Source: Acidobacteriota bacterium
GTDB taxonomy: Bacteria > Acidobacteriota > UBA6911 > RPQK01 > JAJDTT01
Length of the DNA stretch: 64,000 nt
Direction: 5' to 3'
Assembly: GCA_965217775.1 (NCBI GenBank)
Contig: CBDCJH010000002.1
Location: 2,368,001-2,432,000, forward strand
Each line of letters starts with the position of its first letter. Positions within the stretch are counted from its first letter, which is position 1. Shown here piece by piece: positions 21,015 through 30,385 of the stretch. The translations under genes were made by a program, and so were the position numbers. The notes under the pieces are model-generated. The model saw only the letters and a program-made list of their open reading frames with translations. It did no database searches and was not told the DNA's origin.

Positions 21015-21911
21015 CTAAACTTTCAGTCTTTCAGCAACAGCTTGGCCTGTTTTCCGTACTCCAAGGAAAACCTCAGCTCCTCTATCTTTCAACCGTTGGG
21101 CTGTCGAAGTTGTAGCAAAGCCACCACCGATAAAAAGTTCCGTGGCTTGGATATCTTCGGCCCTAACCCGTTCAAGTAAAACTGGAGCATCAACCCTTCG
21201 GCCTTTTTCTTCAAAAATATAGAGAAGTCGTGGTGCTGGATCATGAGTCAATCGAAATATCACACTCTCCGGTGAAAAATCGAAGAGAAACCGACCATGA
21301 TTTCCTGCGACCTCTGCCAGCTCGCAGAGGGCCATAATGGCCATTCTCGCTCTGTTTTTCTCCCGGAGGCGTTCCGGTGTCATTGCAATACCGTATTGAT
21401 AGCGTGTCGCATGGAGCTCAGTGCCGTAGGGAACAGGATTAACCCCTCTTTTTGCAGCACTCGGGGTTGCTCCAGGGCTGGCCGCGTTAAAAGTCAAATC
21501 ACCTGACCACGGAACCAGAGAAATTGCCCGTGTCATTTCTAGCACCGCACGGCGAACGGTTACACTTCCGGCTTGTCCTTCTTGCCTTGCGGCTTCGGCA
21601 GTCATATATCCAAGTAGGTCATCATCAATATAAGTCTCCCCGTCATTACTTGCCCACCCTTTGAATTGCTGATCCTGCCAAGTGTTTGTCCCCGTCACGT
21701 CATCCCATTTTCTGTTCGTGCCTCTATCCGGTTCACATCCAGTCAGCCGACGTCGTAGAGCAAAGCGAATAGCCTCGGCGCTAACTGTCGTATGTACCTG
21801 ACCATGCCAGAGCAATTTCTGGAGAGTTGTCACATTTCCATCAGTTTCTCCACGGTTATTCGCAGCCGTTCCGTGGTGGGTAACGATCGCAGCAAAAAGA
21901 TGTTGACTCAT
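21015..21911 (-). CDS. cas7: Cas7 (DevR/Cst2)
   Basis: ANNRGETDGN, VSAEAIRFALR, DDDLLGYM, VAGNHGRFLFDFSP. Confidence 0.92.
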   Translation of the reverse strand: MSQHLFAAIVTHHGTAANNRGETDGNVTTLQKLLWHGQVHTTVSAEAIRFALRRRLTGCEPDRGTNRKWDDVTGTNTWQDQQFKGWASNDGETYIDDDLLGYMTAEAARQEGQAGSVTVRRAVLEMTRAISLVPWSGDLTFNAASPGATPSAAKRGVNPVPYGTELHATRYQYGIAMTPERLREKNRARMAIMALCELAEVAGNHGRFLFDFSPESVIFRLTHDPAPRLLYIFEEKGRRVDAPVLLERVRAEDIQATELFIGGGFATTSTAQRLKDRGAEVFLGVRKTGQAVAERLKV

Positions 21912-22315
21912 ATTTGTTCCTCCGTTTCGTCGCGTAACTCAGACTCAGCCAGATCAATATCTTCCTGTTTCTTTCCCTTGTAACAGGCCAGTGCAATCAA
22001 TGATAGGTCTCGCGCAAGCTGCCATCTTTCATTGCTCAGCATTGGGATAACTTGCCGCCAATTCTCTCTTAGCACATTATTTGATCCGGCCCGACTCCAA
22101 AGGTCGGCAAGAGCATGTCTTAGTGCATCGGCGGTCTTTGCTCCCATGAATGCAAGGCGTTGTCTCTCGTACTCCCTACGCATACGGTTCTTCATCGCCG
22201 CTGGCCTTCCGGTATTCTCAGCGGCAATGCGCCCATACCGACACCGCATAGCCTCGTGGACGGCGAGAACGACTGTTGTCTCCCCGGGGTTATCCCAGAT
22301 AGTTTCTTGCATCAT
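21908..22315 (-). CDS. cas11: Putative Cas11 translated internally from the cas8 3' end
   Basis: AGAGGAGGA (22325-22333, minus) 9 nt before in-frame ATGATG. Confidence 0.65.
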   Translation of the reverse strand: MMQETIWDNPGETTVVLAVHEAMRCRYGRIAAENTGRPAAMKNRMRREYERQRLAFMGAKTADALRHALADLWSRAGSNNVLRENWRQVIPMLSNERWQLARDLSLIALACYKGKKQEDIDLAESELRDETEEQI

Positions 22316-23485
22316 AGTGTGTAGTCCTCCTCTCTCGTATTTCAGGGAATCACGAATAGGCTTCGGTTTCTTCATCGATACATCTTTCGCTGTCATAAGA
22401 CGAGTAAACCCACTGTACCAAGGAAGCCCAGCTACAAGGTTATCGGCGACCAGTGGTCGCACATGACTCTTCGCCCAGAAGCCCCCACCATCCTCTCTGG
22501 TCTTTCGGCTTTTCGGAGGGAAACAGCGCATTGCGATCTCGAATTGGTCAAGCGCAGTATCGGTTGTTCCAGTGCTAACATCCGTTACAATTGAAGGAGG
22601 TTGTAGGCGTGAATTCCAATCGTTGGGACAACACCAGACACAGCGAAGTGACGAAATAGATTCATCAACAAGCAGGTTTGTGCTGCGCAATCGTAGTTCT
22701 GCCTGGAGAGCAGCGTCTGCTAGATTGGCGATTTGGCAATCTCGGACCGTGCGCGGGCACAATCCTGGCAGTATGTACTGCACTTCCGAGAGGCTATTAA
22801 AATTTGGTATAAGTAAGGCTGCCCCGGGTTTATATCTCCTTCCACCTCGACTATTAACCTTTTTCCCGCCTGCCCTCAAAGCGAACACCCCAATTGGCGC
22901 AAACAGGAGGGGAAGAAGAAGCTGTGCCGATTGAGTTGCCTGACTATTCTTATACGCAGCGTGCCTTTGTACTGCTCCCGGAAATAGCATTCGTGTTAGC
23001 CCTACTTCGCTTTGCAGGCCCTTGATCATAAGCTTGCTTCCGTCTCGCTGATGCTTGTACCACGATAGAGGCAGGTAGCGGTAAGAAACCGTAAGTTCGT
23101 CAACTTCGTAGGTTTTTTCAACTGCTGGCCCGCTCCCTCTTGACTTGGGTCCATGGTCATAAAGACTTAGCAACAGTCCTTCCTGCAACGCTGCCCGTAC
23201 TTCGAGAGGTGGAGGATTTGGTCCATGCTGTCCTGGCAGATAGATAAGCCCCTCTTGGATCTGATAGGCAAGACTGAACAATCGATCAAAAAATGGCTTA
23301 GCCCCCACCATTTCATTCCATTTGAGGGTCACGGATCGTTCATCGATGGTCCATTGACCTGGTGGACCTTCCATATCTGAGAGATTATTTTCGATCCAGC
23401 GCAACGTACTGACCAGCCCTCCCACCCCAGCTCTGTGGAAAGCGGTCATACCAGGCTCGAACAGATCACATTTCAGCGATTCCAT
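21908..23485 (-). CDS. cas8: Cas8 large subunit, Cmx8 type
   Basis: GMTAFHRAGVGGL N-terminus, W..ARDL.LIALA.Y C-terminus; lies between cas3 and cas7. Confidence 0.88.
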   Translation of the reverse strand: MESLKCDLFEPGMTAFHRAGVGGLVSTLRWIENNLSDMEGPPGQWTIDERSVTLKWNEMVGAKPFFDRLFSLAYQIQEGLIYLPGQHGPNPPPLEVRAALQEGLLLSLYDHGPKSRGSGPAVEKTYEVDELTVSYRYLPLSWYKHQRDGSKLMIKGLQSEVGLTRMLFPGAVQRHAAYKNSQATQSAQLLLPLLFAPIGVFALRAGGKKVNSRGGRRYKPGAALLIPNFNSLSEVQYILPGLCPRTVRDCQIANLADAALQAELRLRSTNLLVDESISSLRCVWCCPNDWNSRLQPPSIVTDVSTGTTDTALDQFEIAMRCFPPKSRKTREDGGGFWAKSHVRPLVADNLVAGLPWYSGFTRLMTAKDVSMKKPKPIRDSLKYERGGLHTMMQETIWDNPGETTVVLAVHEAMRCRYGRIAAENTGRPAAMKNRMRREYERQRLAFMGAKTADALRHALADLWSRAGSNNVLRENWRQVIPMLSNERWQLARDLSLIALACYKGKKQEDIDLAESELRDETEEQI

Positions 23486-25695
23486 CTGGCACCCCGTTCA
23501 GGATCGTAACTTATGTGTTCAGGAGGTGGCACATAGGCAAAAGCCACCTTGGGCCACTGTTTCCAATCCAGTCCCCTTGGCATGGTCATTGGGATCCGGA
23601 CCCGTACGGGATCTACCTCCCCGCGTCGTACAGCTGCAGCGTCACTCTGCAGTAACACTGTTATTCCTGACATACTATCTCTGAGGTGACGTGGCATTGT
23701 CTCAAATCCGCCATCTATCCACGCACTTTCTATTGGTTGTCGCGGATCTCCTTCGTCTAATGCGCTCCAAGTCCGGCCTAGATCTTGTTGAGACACAGAT
23801 CCCATTCCAAGATGTTCTAGCCATAAACGAGACACATGGAAGGGATCTGGGTGAGCTTGGCTTTTGTACGGTGCAGAACTGTTAGGTTCAATGACGAGGA
23901 ATGGCTTCGGCGGAATTGGATCCTTGGGTGTTGATCGTCGATTGAGACGCCCCAGCCGTTGAATAAGCGGCGCAATCGGTGCCAAGTCCGTAACTAGAAG
24001 GTCTGCTGAAAGATCCAAGCTCATTTCTGCGACTTGTGTCGCAATGGTGAGTACCGGCTGCTCGTCGCGAAAGGCATCAACGATTCGAGCATGCTGGCGG
24101 ACACGATCCTCGTATCGAAATCGGCTATGGTATACGAGTGGTTGGATGCCACGTGCGTGTGCTTTTTCAGCAAACGATAGAGCTCGATTTACAGTATTGG
24201 TGACCCACAAAATTTTCTCGTTGTCCCGGAAGCTTCTTTCTACGACATTCCACGGATCATCGCCGACGAGCCTTTGATAACGGGGGAGTAATTCACGCTC
24301 TATCGGACCAGGAACTGTTTCAAGACTCTCCCCAATAGAACTTAGTGCCTCTACCAGTGCTTTGCGCCGGGCCTGTGGAAGGCTTGCCGTCATCAGGAGG
24401 CAAGGCAGGCCGCGACAAGTCAGGAGAAAGCGAAGTAAACTGGAAAATAAGCGCTCATCGTAAGCATGGATCTCATCAAAAACAAATGCGGCTTTAACTA
24501 ATGCGGGCCACGCGAACATTCCCCTCTTATGATTTTGAGTCAGACCGAGCACGGTATCCACTGTACAGCTCGTAATGTAGGTAGACCATGCCTCAAGCGC
24601 AGCAAGTGGATCAGAATGTTCCCCATCTTCGTCAACACCTAGAATCTCCAAGTCCACAGCGGCTCGGCCATGAATTAGTCGGGCGTTTAACGCGGGATCT
24701 ATCAAATAGTCACGGAATCCTTCGGTTGCGGTTCCCGTTGTAGGATAAGCGAAAAAGAGACATTTTCCCGGAGCGCGTTGCGCAGCCCAGACATATGCGC
24801 CCAGAGTCTTCCCACTGCCACAGCCAGCCTCAGCGAGGACAATACGCGCTGTTGTTTTGCCAAGCGCTTGTTGAAAGGGCCTCAGCGGCAGCCCCTGCAA
24901 ACGTCCACAAACAATTTGTTGTAGTTGATCTGGGCTTAGATTTTGTCTGAAGACGCTCTGTATCCACCGGGAGATCTTTCTCCCCTCTCTCGGCAGCGCG
25001 GACCCTGCGACATCGGAAGCAATAACACAAGCTTTCACAGCTGCAAGAAACCTGCGTTTCTCATCGTTACATGAGTGCCAGAAGATCCCGGCTTTGATAT
25101 GTGCCATTTTCAAGAGGTGATGGGGAGACTCGGTTCCAACAAGTTTCCACGATAAATCAGTTACAGAAGGTGGCTCTTCAAGTTTTAGCTGTGTGGTGCC
25201 AATAGAGAGCGTACTTTGAAAATCGGAATGTCCTAGTAATAAAGGTAGCCATATTCCTGTACCAGGAGAGGGCTCTCCAGGAGGAAACTTCCGATGGTGT
25301 CCAGCAACCGACCAGAGCAAAAATTGTAGGTCTTCAGGTTCCTTCAGAGCTGCGGATAGCCATCTGTGCAGTGCTGTCCCTTGTAAAATCAGTAGCGATA
25401 GAGCTTCATGGCGAATTGCTTGGTGATGCTGAAGTTGATGTCTGACCATCGCCTGAAACTGTTCATTCGCCTTACCAAAATCATGGCAAAAAGCTGCAAG
25501 GAGAACGGTTCGCCGAAAACGTTCTTCCCACGTTCCTACGGATAGACCTACAGCCGATAGTTGAGCTCTGGCAGTTTCATCTAACAAAGTCTGAGCCGCA
25601 GCCATGACGTTTTCGGTATGGCCGGGTAGCGTTTCAGCTCCACGGGGCGCATCTGGATGCTTACTATTCTTTGCCAGAAGCCTTTTGAAGGTCAC
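23473..25695 (-). CDS. cas3: Cas3 HD nuclease-helicase
   Basis: CHDFGK, GCGSGKT, FDEIH, MTAS, QRLGRLNR. Confidence 0.95.
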   Translation of the reverse strand: MTFKRLLAKNSKHPDAPRGAETLPGHTENVMAAAQTLLDETARAQLSAVGLSVGTWEERFRRTVLLAAFCHDFGKANEQFQAMVRHQLQHHQAIRHEALSLLILQGTALHRWLSAALKEPEDLQFLLWSVAGHHRKFPPGEPSPGTGIWLPLLLGHSDFQSTLSIGTTQLKLEEPPSVTDLSWKLVGTESPHHLLKMAHIKAGIFWHSCNDEKRRFLAAVKACVIASDVAGSALPREGRKISRWIQSVFRQNLSPDQLQQIVCGRLQGLPLRPFQQALGKTTARIVLAEAGCGSGKTLGAYVWAAQRAPGKCLFFAYPTTGTATEGFRDYLIDPALNARLIHGRAAVDLEILGVDEDGEHSDPLAALEAWSTYITSCTVDTVLGLTQNHKRGMFAWPALVKAAFVFDEIHAYDERLFSSLLRFLLTCRGLPCLLMTASLPQARRKALVEALSSIGESLETVPGPIERELLPRYQRLVGDDPWNVVERSFRDNEKILWVTNTVNRALSFAEKAHARGIQPLVYHSRFRYEDRVRQHARIVDAFRDEQPVLTIATQVAEMSLDLSADLLVTDLAPIAPLIQRLGRLNRRSTPKDPIPPKPFLVIEPNSSAPYKSQAHPDPFHVSRLWLEHLGMGSVSQQDLGRTWSALDEGDPRQPIESAWIDGGFETMPRHLRDSMSGITVLLQSDAAAVRRGEVDPVRVRIPMTMPRGLDWKQWPKVAFAYVPPPEHISYDPERGARWNR

Positions 25696-26339
25696 CGCTT
25701 CAGAGCCCTCGCGACGGGTACAAAAACCCCACCTCCCATCCGGCGACGCCCTCCCAGGCCGAGTTCCTGCAACCGGATGGATTCCTCGGCGAGTAATTCC
25801 GTCGCCAGCATGGCGTAACCCACAATGCGCTTGCCCCTCAGGCGCACGACACGGCGACTGGGATCGCGGTGACCGCTTCCCGCACGGCCCTGCGGCACGC
25901 GAAGAACCCGGCCGTGTATGCCCAGTGAGGTCAATTGCCGGGCGATCTCAGCGTCGAACCGGACCGGATCATGTCCGTTCTTGGTGGTCACGATCCGACA
26001 ATACAATGTCGCCGCAGGAACTAGTGCGCGGGCCTCGGCAACGCCCACTCGGAGTTTGCATCCGCCCAAGTTGAGACTTTTTCCGGCCAGTTTCAGGGAT
26101 CGCGGCAACAGATCGGACGGCAGGCGGAGCCCAAAGCGAGCATTGCGGCCGATCAGCCGCCTACCGTTCCCGAGGCTCGGCCCGCGAATGGTATGCAGGC
26201 CGATATGCGGGTTACCGTGCATCCAGCGATCGTTTTCGGTCTCCAGTATTCGGGACAGAGCACCGAACAGCGAATAGCCGTGATCGGTAGGTACCTCCGT
26301 TCCGGTGACGCGAAAAAGAATGTCAAGAGTCGGATTCAT
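25692..26339 (-). CDS. cas6: Cas6 (MYXAN type)
   Basis: VPTDHGYSLFGALS; C-terminal GLGGRRRMGGG loop. Confidence 0.92.
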   Translation of the reverse strand: MNPTLDILFRVTGTEVPTDHGYSLFGALSRILETENDRWMHGNPHIGLHTIRGPSLGNGRRLIGRNARFGLRLPSDLLPRSLKLAGKSLNLGGCKLRVGVAEARALVPAATLYCRIVTTKNGHDPVRFDAEIARQLTSLGIHGRVLRVPQGRAGSGHRDPSRRVVRLRGKRIVGYAMLATELLAEESIRLQELGLGGRRRMGGGVFVPVARALKR

Positions 26340-26472
26340 ATCAAGGAAATTTCAATCGTTTTAGGAACGGAAATCTTTAGCCAGCCTGACTGCAATATCC
26401 CATTTTTTTGCTGTGGAGCGCTGACTAATCAGAATAGCGAACATAGGTGACACAAAAGAGGCGTTCTTCGGC

Positions 26473-27703
26473 GGGTGCACGACACGAAAGTGGCGCTGGA
26501 GGTGAAGTTCAGGCAACGTCAGGGATTGGGCACGCTCCTCGCTGACAGTTATAGTAACTGTCAGCGAGGAGCGTGCCCATGTCCCCAGACCTTTCCCCTC
26601 AGCTCCAACTCCAACGACGACGCCAGCAGTTATTGCAGGCCTTGCTCGAACTCGGCGATCTCCGGCCTGGGTCTCTAGTGGCCCGTTACCGCCATTGTGG
26701 CAAGCCCAACTGTCACTGCGCCTAGCCCGGCGACCGGGGCCACGGGCCCAGTTTCTCCTTGACCCGTCGCGTGGCGGGCAAGACCGTGACCAAGATCATT
26801 CCCCCGGGGCCAGCCGTCCAACGGACTCGAGAGCAGATCGACGAGTATCGCCGATTGCGGAGCTTGGTGAAGGAGTTGGTGGAGGTCAGCGAGCAAATTT
26901 GTCAGGCCAAGCTGGACGCCTCTCCGGCCCGGACGGGCCAAAAAAAGGGCTCCAAAAAACGCTGGCCCAAGAAATCCAGCGAGAAGTCCGGACCCTGATG
27001 GGACCCGCGGCCGCCGCCGCCCTGGACTTTGAAGCGCTGGAGACAGCCCTCCGGCGTCAAGTTCTCGAGCTGGCGGCCCGGACGGTGGAAACGCATCTGA
27101 ACCAGGATCATTCCGACGCCACTCCCAGCCATAACTGCTCCTATGGAGGGAGCGCGCGCTACGCGGGTCGGCGGACCAAACAGTTCGTCACCGTGCTGGG
27201 ACCGATGCGATTGGCGCGCGCCCACTATCACTGTGGGGATTGCGGCCATGGCTTCTGTCCCCGAGATCGAGCGCTGGGACTGGAGGGGAGTTCTTTGTCT
27301 CCCGCGCTGATGCGGATGGTGGGGGCAGTTGCCTCCATGGTCAGCTTTCAGGAAAGCAGTCAGTTGTTGGAGGAGTTGGCCGGAGTGGACGTAGGAACCA
27401 AACAGGTGCAGCGGTCGGCCCAGGCTCTGGGAGAGCAAGTCGCGGGCTATGAGCGCCAGACCCGGGAGCCCGACTCGGGGCTCCCCTTGCCCGCGACCCT
27501 CTATCTGGGCTTGGACGGCACCGGCGTGCCGATGCGATCGACCGAGGTTCAGGGGCGGGCGGGCAAACAACCCGACGGGTCGGCCCGAACCCGGGAAGCC
27601 AAGCTCTGTACGGTCTGGAGTGCCGAGCGACGGGACGCGGAGGGTCGGCCCCAGCGCGACCCGGGCTCGGTCACTTACACCGCGGCCATCGAGAGCGCGG
27701 CCG
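26473..27703 (+). mobile_element. ISKra4-family IS remnant (DUF6788 ORF plus truncated transposase)
   Basis: GGGTGCACGACA end-like motif at 26473; ORF 26579-26998 (RPGSL...CGKPNCHCA*) has TAG at 26723; AAAAAAAG at 26940; transposase (CGHGFCPRD, DGTGVPMR, REAK) cut off after AAIESA. Confidence 0.8.
26527..26579. repeat. Perfect 25-bp inverted repeat with 3-nt loop
   Basis: TGGGCACGCTCCTCGCTGACAGTTA-tag-TAACTGTCAGCGAGGAGCGTGCCCA. Confidence 0.95.
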
Positions 27704-27973
27704 TATTTTCGGCGATGAGGTGATGGCCGCCGCGCTCTTGGATTGGTTGCTCCACCGCTGCCACATCGGCAACATCCGGAGCAACATCTATCGGATGCGC
27801 CGCCACGCCGAACTCTCCAAGGCGATCCATCCCGCCGCCGGTCGAAGACCTGCTGAACCTCTCGCCGCCCGGGGAACCGTGTCATGACAGCCCCCAGGGT
27901 TCCGTCGGTCTGCCCCGCTTCGGTCGCTCCACTCCCTACGCGGGCCAGACCGAAAACCCTGATATTTTCGATG
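27704..27973 (+). mobile_element. istB: IS21-family remnant: istB 3' end and split right end
   Basis: Translates IFGDEVMAAALLDWLLHRCHIGNIRSNIYRMR; the terminus ...ATTTTCGATG continues as GTCATTGACA at 31472-31481. Confidence 0.75.
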
Positions 27974-28141
27974 TTATGTGGAACTCAACATAACATCCAA
28001 TATGTTGCGGTCCGGATTATGTGGCGGACAGTCCGTATCATCCTGCTGCACATGAGAACACGCCGTATCTCAGCAACATAATTATCTGACTGGAAGTCGT
28101 TCGACCATAATCATGTCTTCACCCCACAAGGAGGCACGATC

Positions 28142-29435
28142 AGGTTCGAGGCCCTGTTCATCGACCGCGGCACGATAGCCCGTTATCGCTGCGAACCGTT
28201 GCTGGAAGAACGGCTGAGCTACCTGAGGCATTGCGCGCAGGAGGGCGCGCGGCCGCTCACATTACGCACGATCGCAGCGGCTCAGATCACGCTGATTCGT
28301 CTTCTGGACTTGCGAGCAGGCGAGCGCGTCAGCGTGCCCCGGATCGAGGCGGCGGCCGAACGTCGATCGAGTCGCCCGGCGCAACCGAGGGTGCGCCGGA
28401 TCTTCGTCAGCCGCGCAGTGCGATGGCTACGCTTCGCGGATCTGCTCGATGAGCCCTGTAGGGTGCGGCAACGACACGCCCACGTCGCCGAGGTCACGGT
28501 CTTCCGGGAGTGGATGCGCAAAGAGCGCGGATGGTCCGAGGCGACGATCCGCAATTGTTGCCATACGATTGACCGCTTCTTCGACTGGCTCGGCGAGTGG
28601 GGCATTGCCCTGGATGCGGTCGTTGTCACCGACATCGACCGGGCTGTCATGCGCTGGCACGGCCGCGGCTGCAGTCGGAGCACGATCCGCATTTACGGGC
28701 AGCGTCTGCGCACTTTTTTCCGGTTCGCCGAACGCCATGGCTGGTGTACACGGGGGCTGGCTGACGGGATCATGCCGGTGCGGTTCCATCCCGGTGAGAC
28801 GCTCCCGAAGGGACTCAACCGGGACGAGGTGCTACGCCTGCTCGCAACCACCGAGGGCAACCGGCAGGCCGACCTTCGCGACCGTGCCATCCTGATGGTG
28901 CTGATCGCGTACGGGTTGCGTGCCAGCGAGGTCGCCGGCCTCCGACTCGATGATCCGGACTGGGAAGAGGAGACGCTACGGGTACGCCGCCCCAAGTCGG
29001 GATGCACCCATCACTATCCGCTTTCCCGCGGCGTCGGGCAGGCGATCGTGCGTTACCTCACCGAGGTTCGTCCCCCGCGCCCGGAGAGGGCGCGCCTTGG
29101 CGCGTTGAATCGCCGCGTCCTGCGCCGTTCGTCCCCCGCGCCCGGAGAGGGCGCTGTTCCTCACGCTGATCGCTCCGACCCGTCCGGTGACCCGGTAGGC
29201 AGTTTCGAACGTCGTCAGGACACGCCTCGATCGGCTCGGTATCACCGGCAAGCGTCGCGGTGCCCATGCGCTTCGTCATGCTGCCGCCCAGCACCTGCTC
29301 GACCACGGCCTGTCGATCAAGGAGGTCGGCGATTACCTCGGCCATCGCAGCACCTCGTCCACCGCAGTGTACGCCAAGGTGCAACTCAGCACCCTCCGTG
29401 AGGTCGCCGACATCGACCTGGAGGGCCTGACATGA
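28142..29435 (+). pseudogene. ritA: RitA tyrosine recombinase, inactivated
   Basis: AGG at the expected start after AAGGAGG; 61-bp frameshifting insertion; TAG at 29196; restored frame has YGLR, HALRH, LGH and Y. Confidence 0.85.
29066..29154. repeat. 28-bp direct repeat flanking a 33-bp insert
   Basis: GTTCGTCCCCCGCGCCCGGAGAGGGCGC at 29066-29093 and 29127-29154. Confidence 0.95.
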
Positions 29436-30385
29436 TGCTCCGGGATGCGGTCAACGACTATATCGCCTGGCGTCAGGCCCATGGCGCCAAGTTCGACACC
29501 GGCGCATATCTATTGCACCGGTTCCTGAAGCATGTCGGCGGGAGCGCCGGCTGCGATGCTGTCTCCCCAGCCGACGTTCTGGACTTCCTTGCCGGTAAAG
29601 GTCCGCTCACCCGGTATCGGGCCGGCAAGTACAGCGTCCTGGCCGGCTTCTACCGCTACGCGATCAGCCGCAGCTACGTGATCCGGTCGCCGCTTCCGGC
29701 GCGCGATGATGAGCCGACTCGACCGCGGTCGTCACCACCTTACGTGTACTCCCGTAACGAGTTGCAACGCTTGTTCGACGCCATCGATGTCAGTCGGCAA
29801 CGTTCAATCCAGCTCGACGCCGATACCCTGCGGGCACTGCTCCAGCTTCTCTACGGCGCGGGACTGCGATTCGGTGAGGCCCAGCGCCTGACCCTCGACG
29901 ATGTGGACCTGCCCGATGCGCTGCTGACCATACGTAACACCAAGTTCTACAAGACCCGCCTCGTTCCCGTCTGCCGGCAACTTGCCGACGCGCTGAAGAC
30001 CTATGCCGCCCGGCGCGCAGAACGCCCCTTCCCCAAGGGCACGGCCTCGACCTTCCTCGCCAACCGCGACGGGACGCCCTTGGTCCAGCGCACCGCCGCG
30101 CACGCGTTCACCAAGCTGCTCAAGGAGGCCGGAATCGAAGGTCGCAACGACGGGCGGCGAGCTCCGTGCTTTCATTCCCTGCGCCATGCCGCAGCCGTAC
30201 ACCGGCTGGAGTCCTGGTACCGGCAGGGCGCCGATGTCCAGCGACTGCTGCCGACGCTATCCATCTGGCTCGGCCACACTGATCTCAACGGCACCCGGAT
30301 CTATCTGTCGATGACGCCCGAACTCCTGCATCAGGCTTCGGTCCGTTTCGACGCCTACGTCAACGGAGGAGGAGACCATGAGTGA
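29432..30385 (+). CDS. ritB: RitB tyrosine recombinase
   Basis: AGLRFGE, TKFYKTRLVP, HSLRH, LGH, Y. Confidence 0.9.
   Translation: MMLRDAVNDYIAWRQAHGAKFDTGAYLLHRFLKHVGGSAGCDAVSPADVLDFLAGKGPLTRYRAGKYSVLAGFYRYAISRSYVIRSPLPARDDEPTRPRSSPPYVYSRNELQRLFDAIDVSRQRSIQLDADTLRALLQLLYGAGLRFGEAQRLTLDDVDLPDALLTIRNTKFYKTRLVPVCRQLADALKTYAARRAERPFPKGTASTFLANRDGTPLVQRTAAHAFTKLLKEAGIEGRNDGRRAPCFHSLRHAAAVHRLESWYRQGADVQRLLPTLSIWLGHTDLNGTRIYLSMTPELLHQASVRFDAYVNGGGDHE

Noticed and set aside
26340-26472. Possible CreTA-like mini-repeat upstream of cas6
   Set aside because: Only 5-7 bp matches to the repeat
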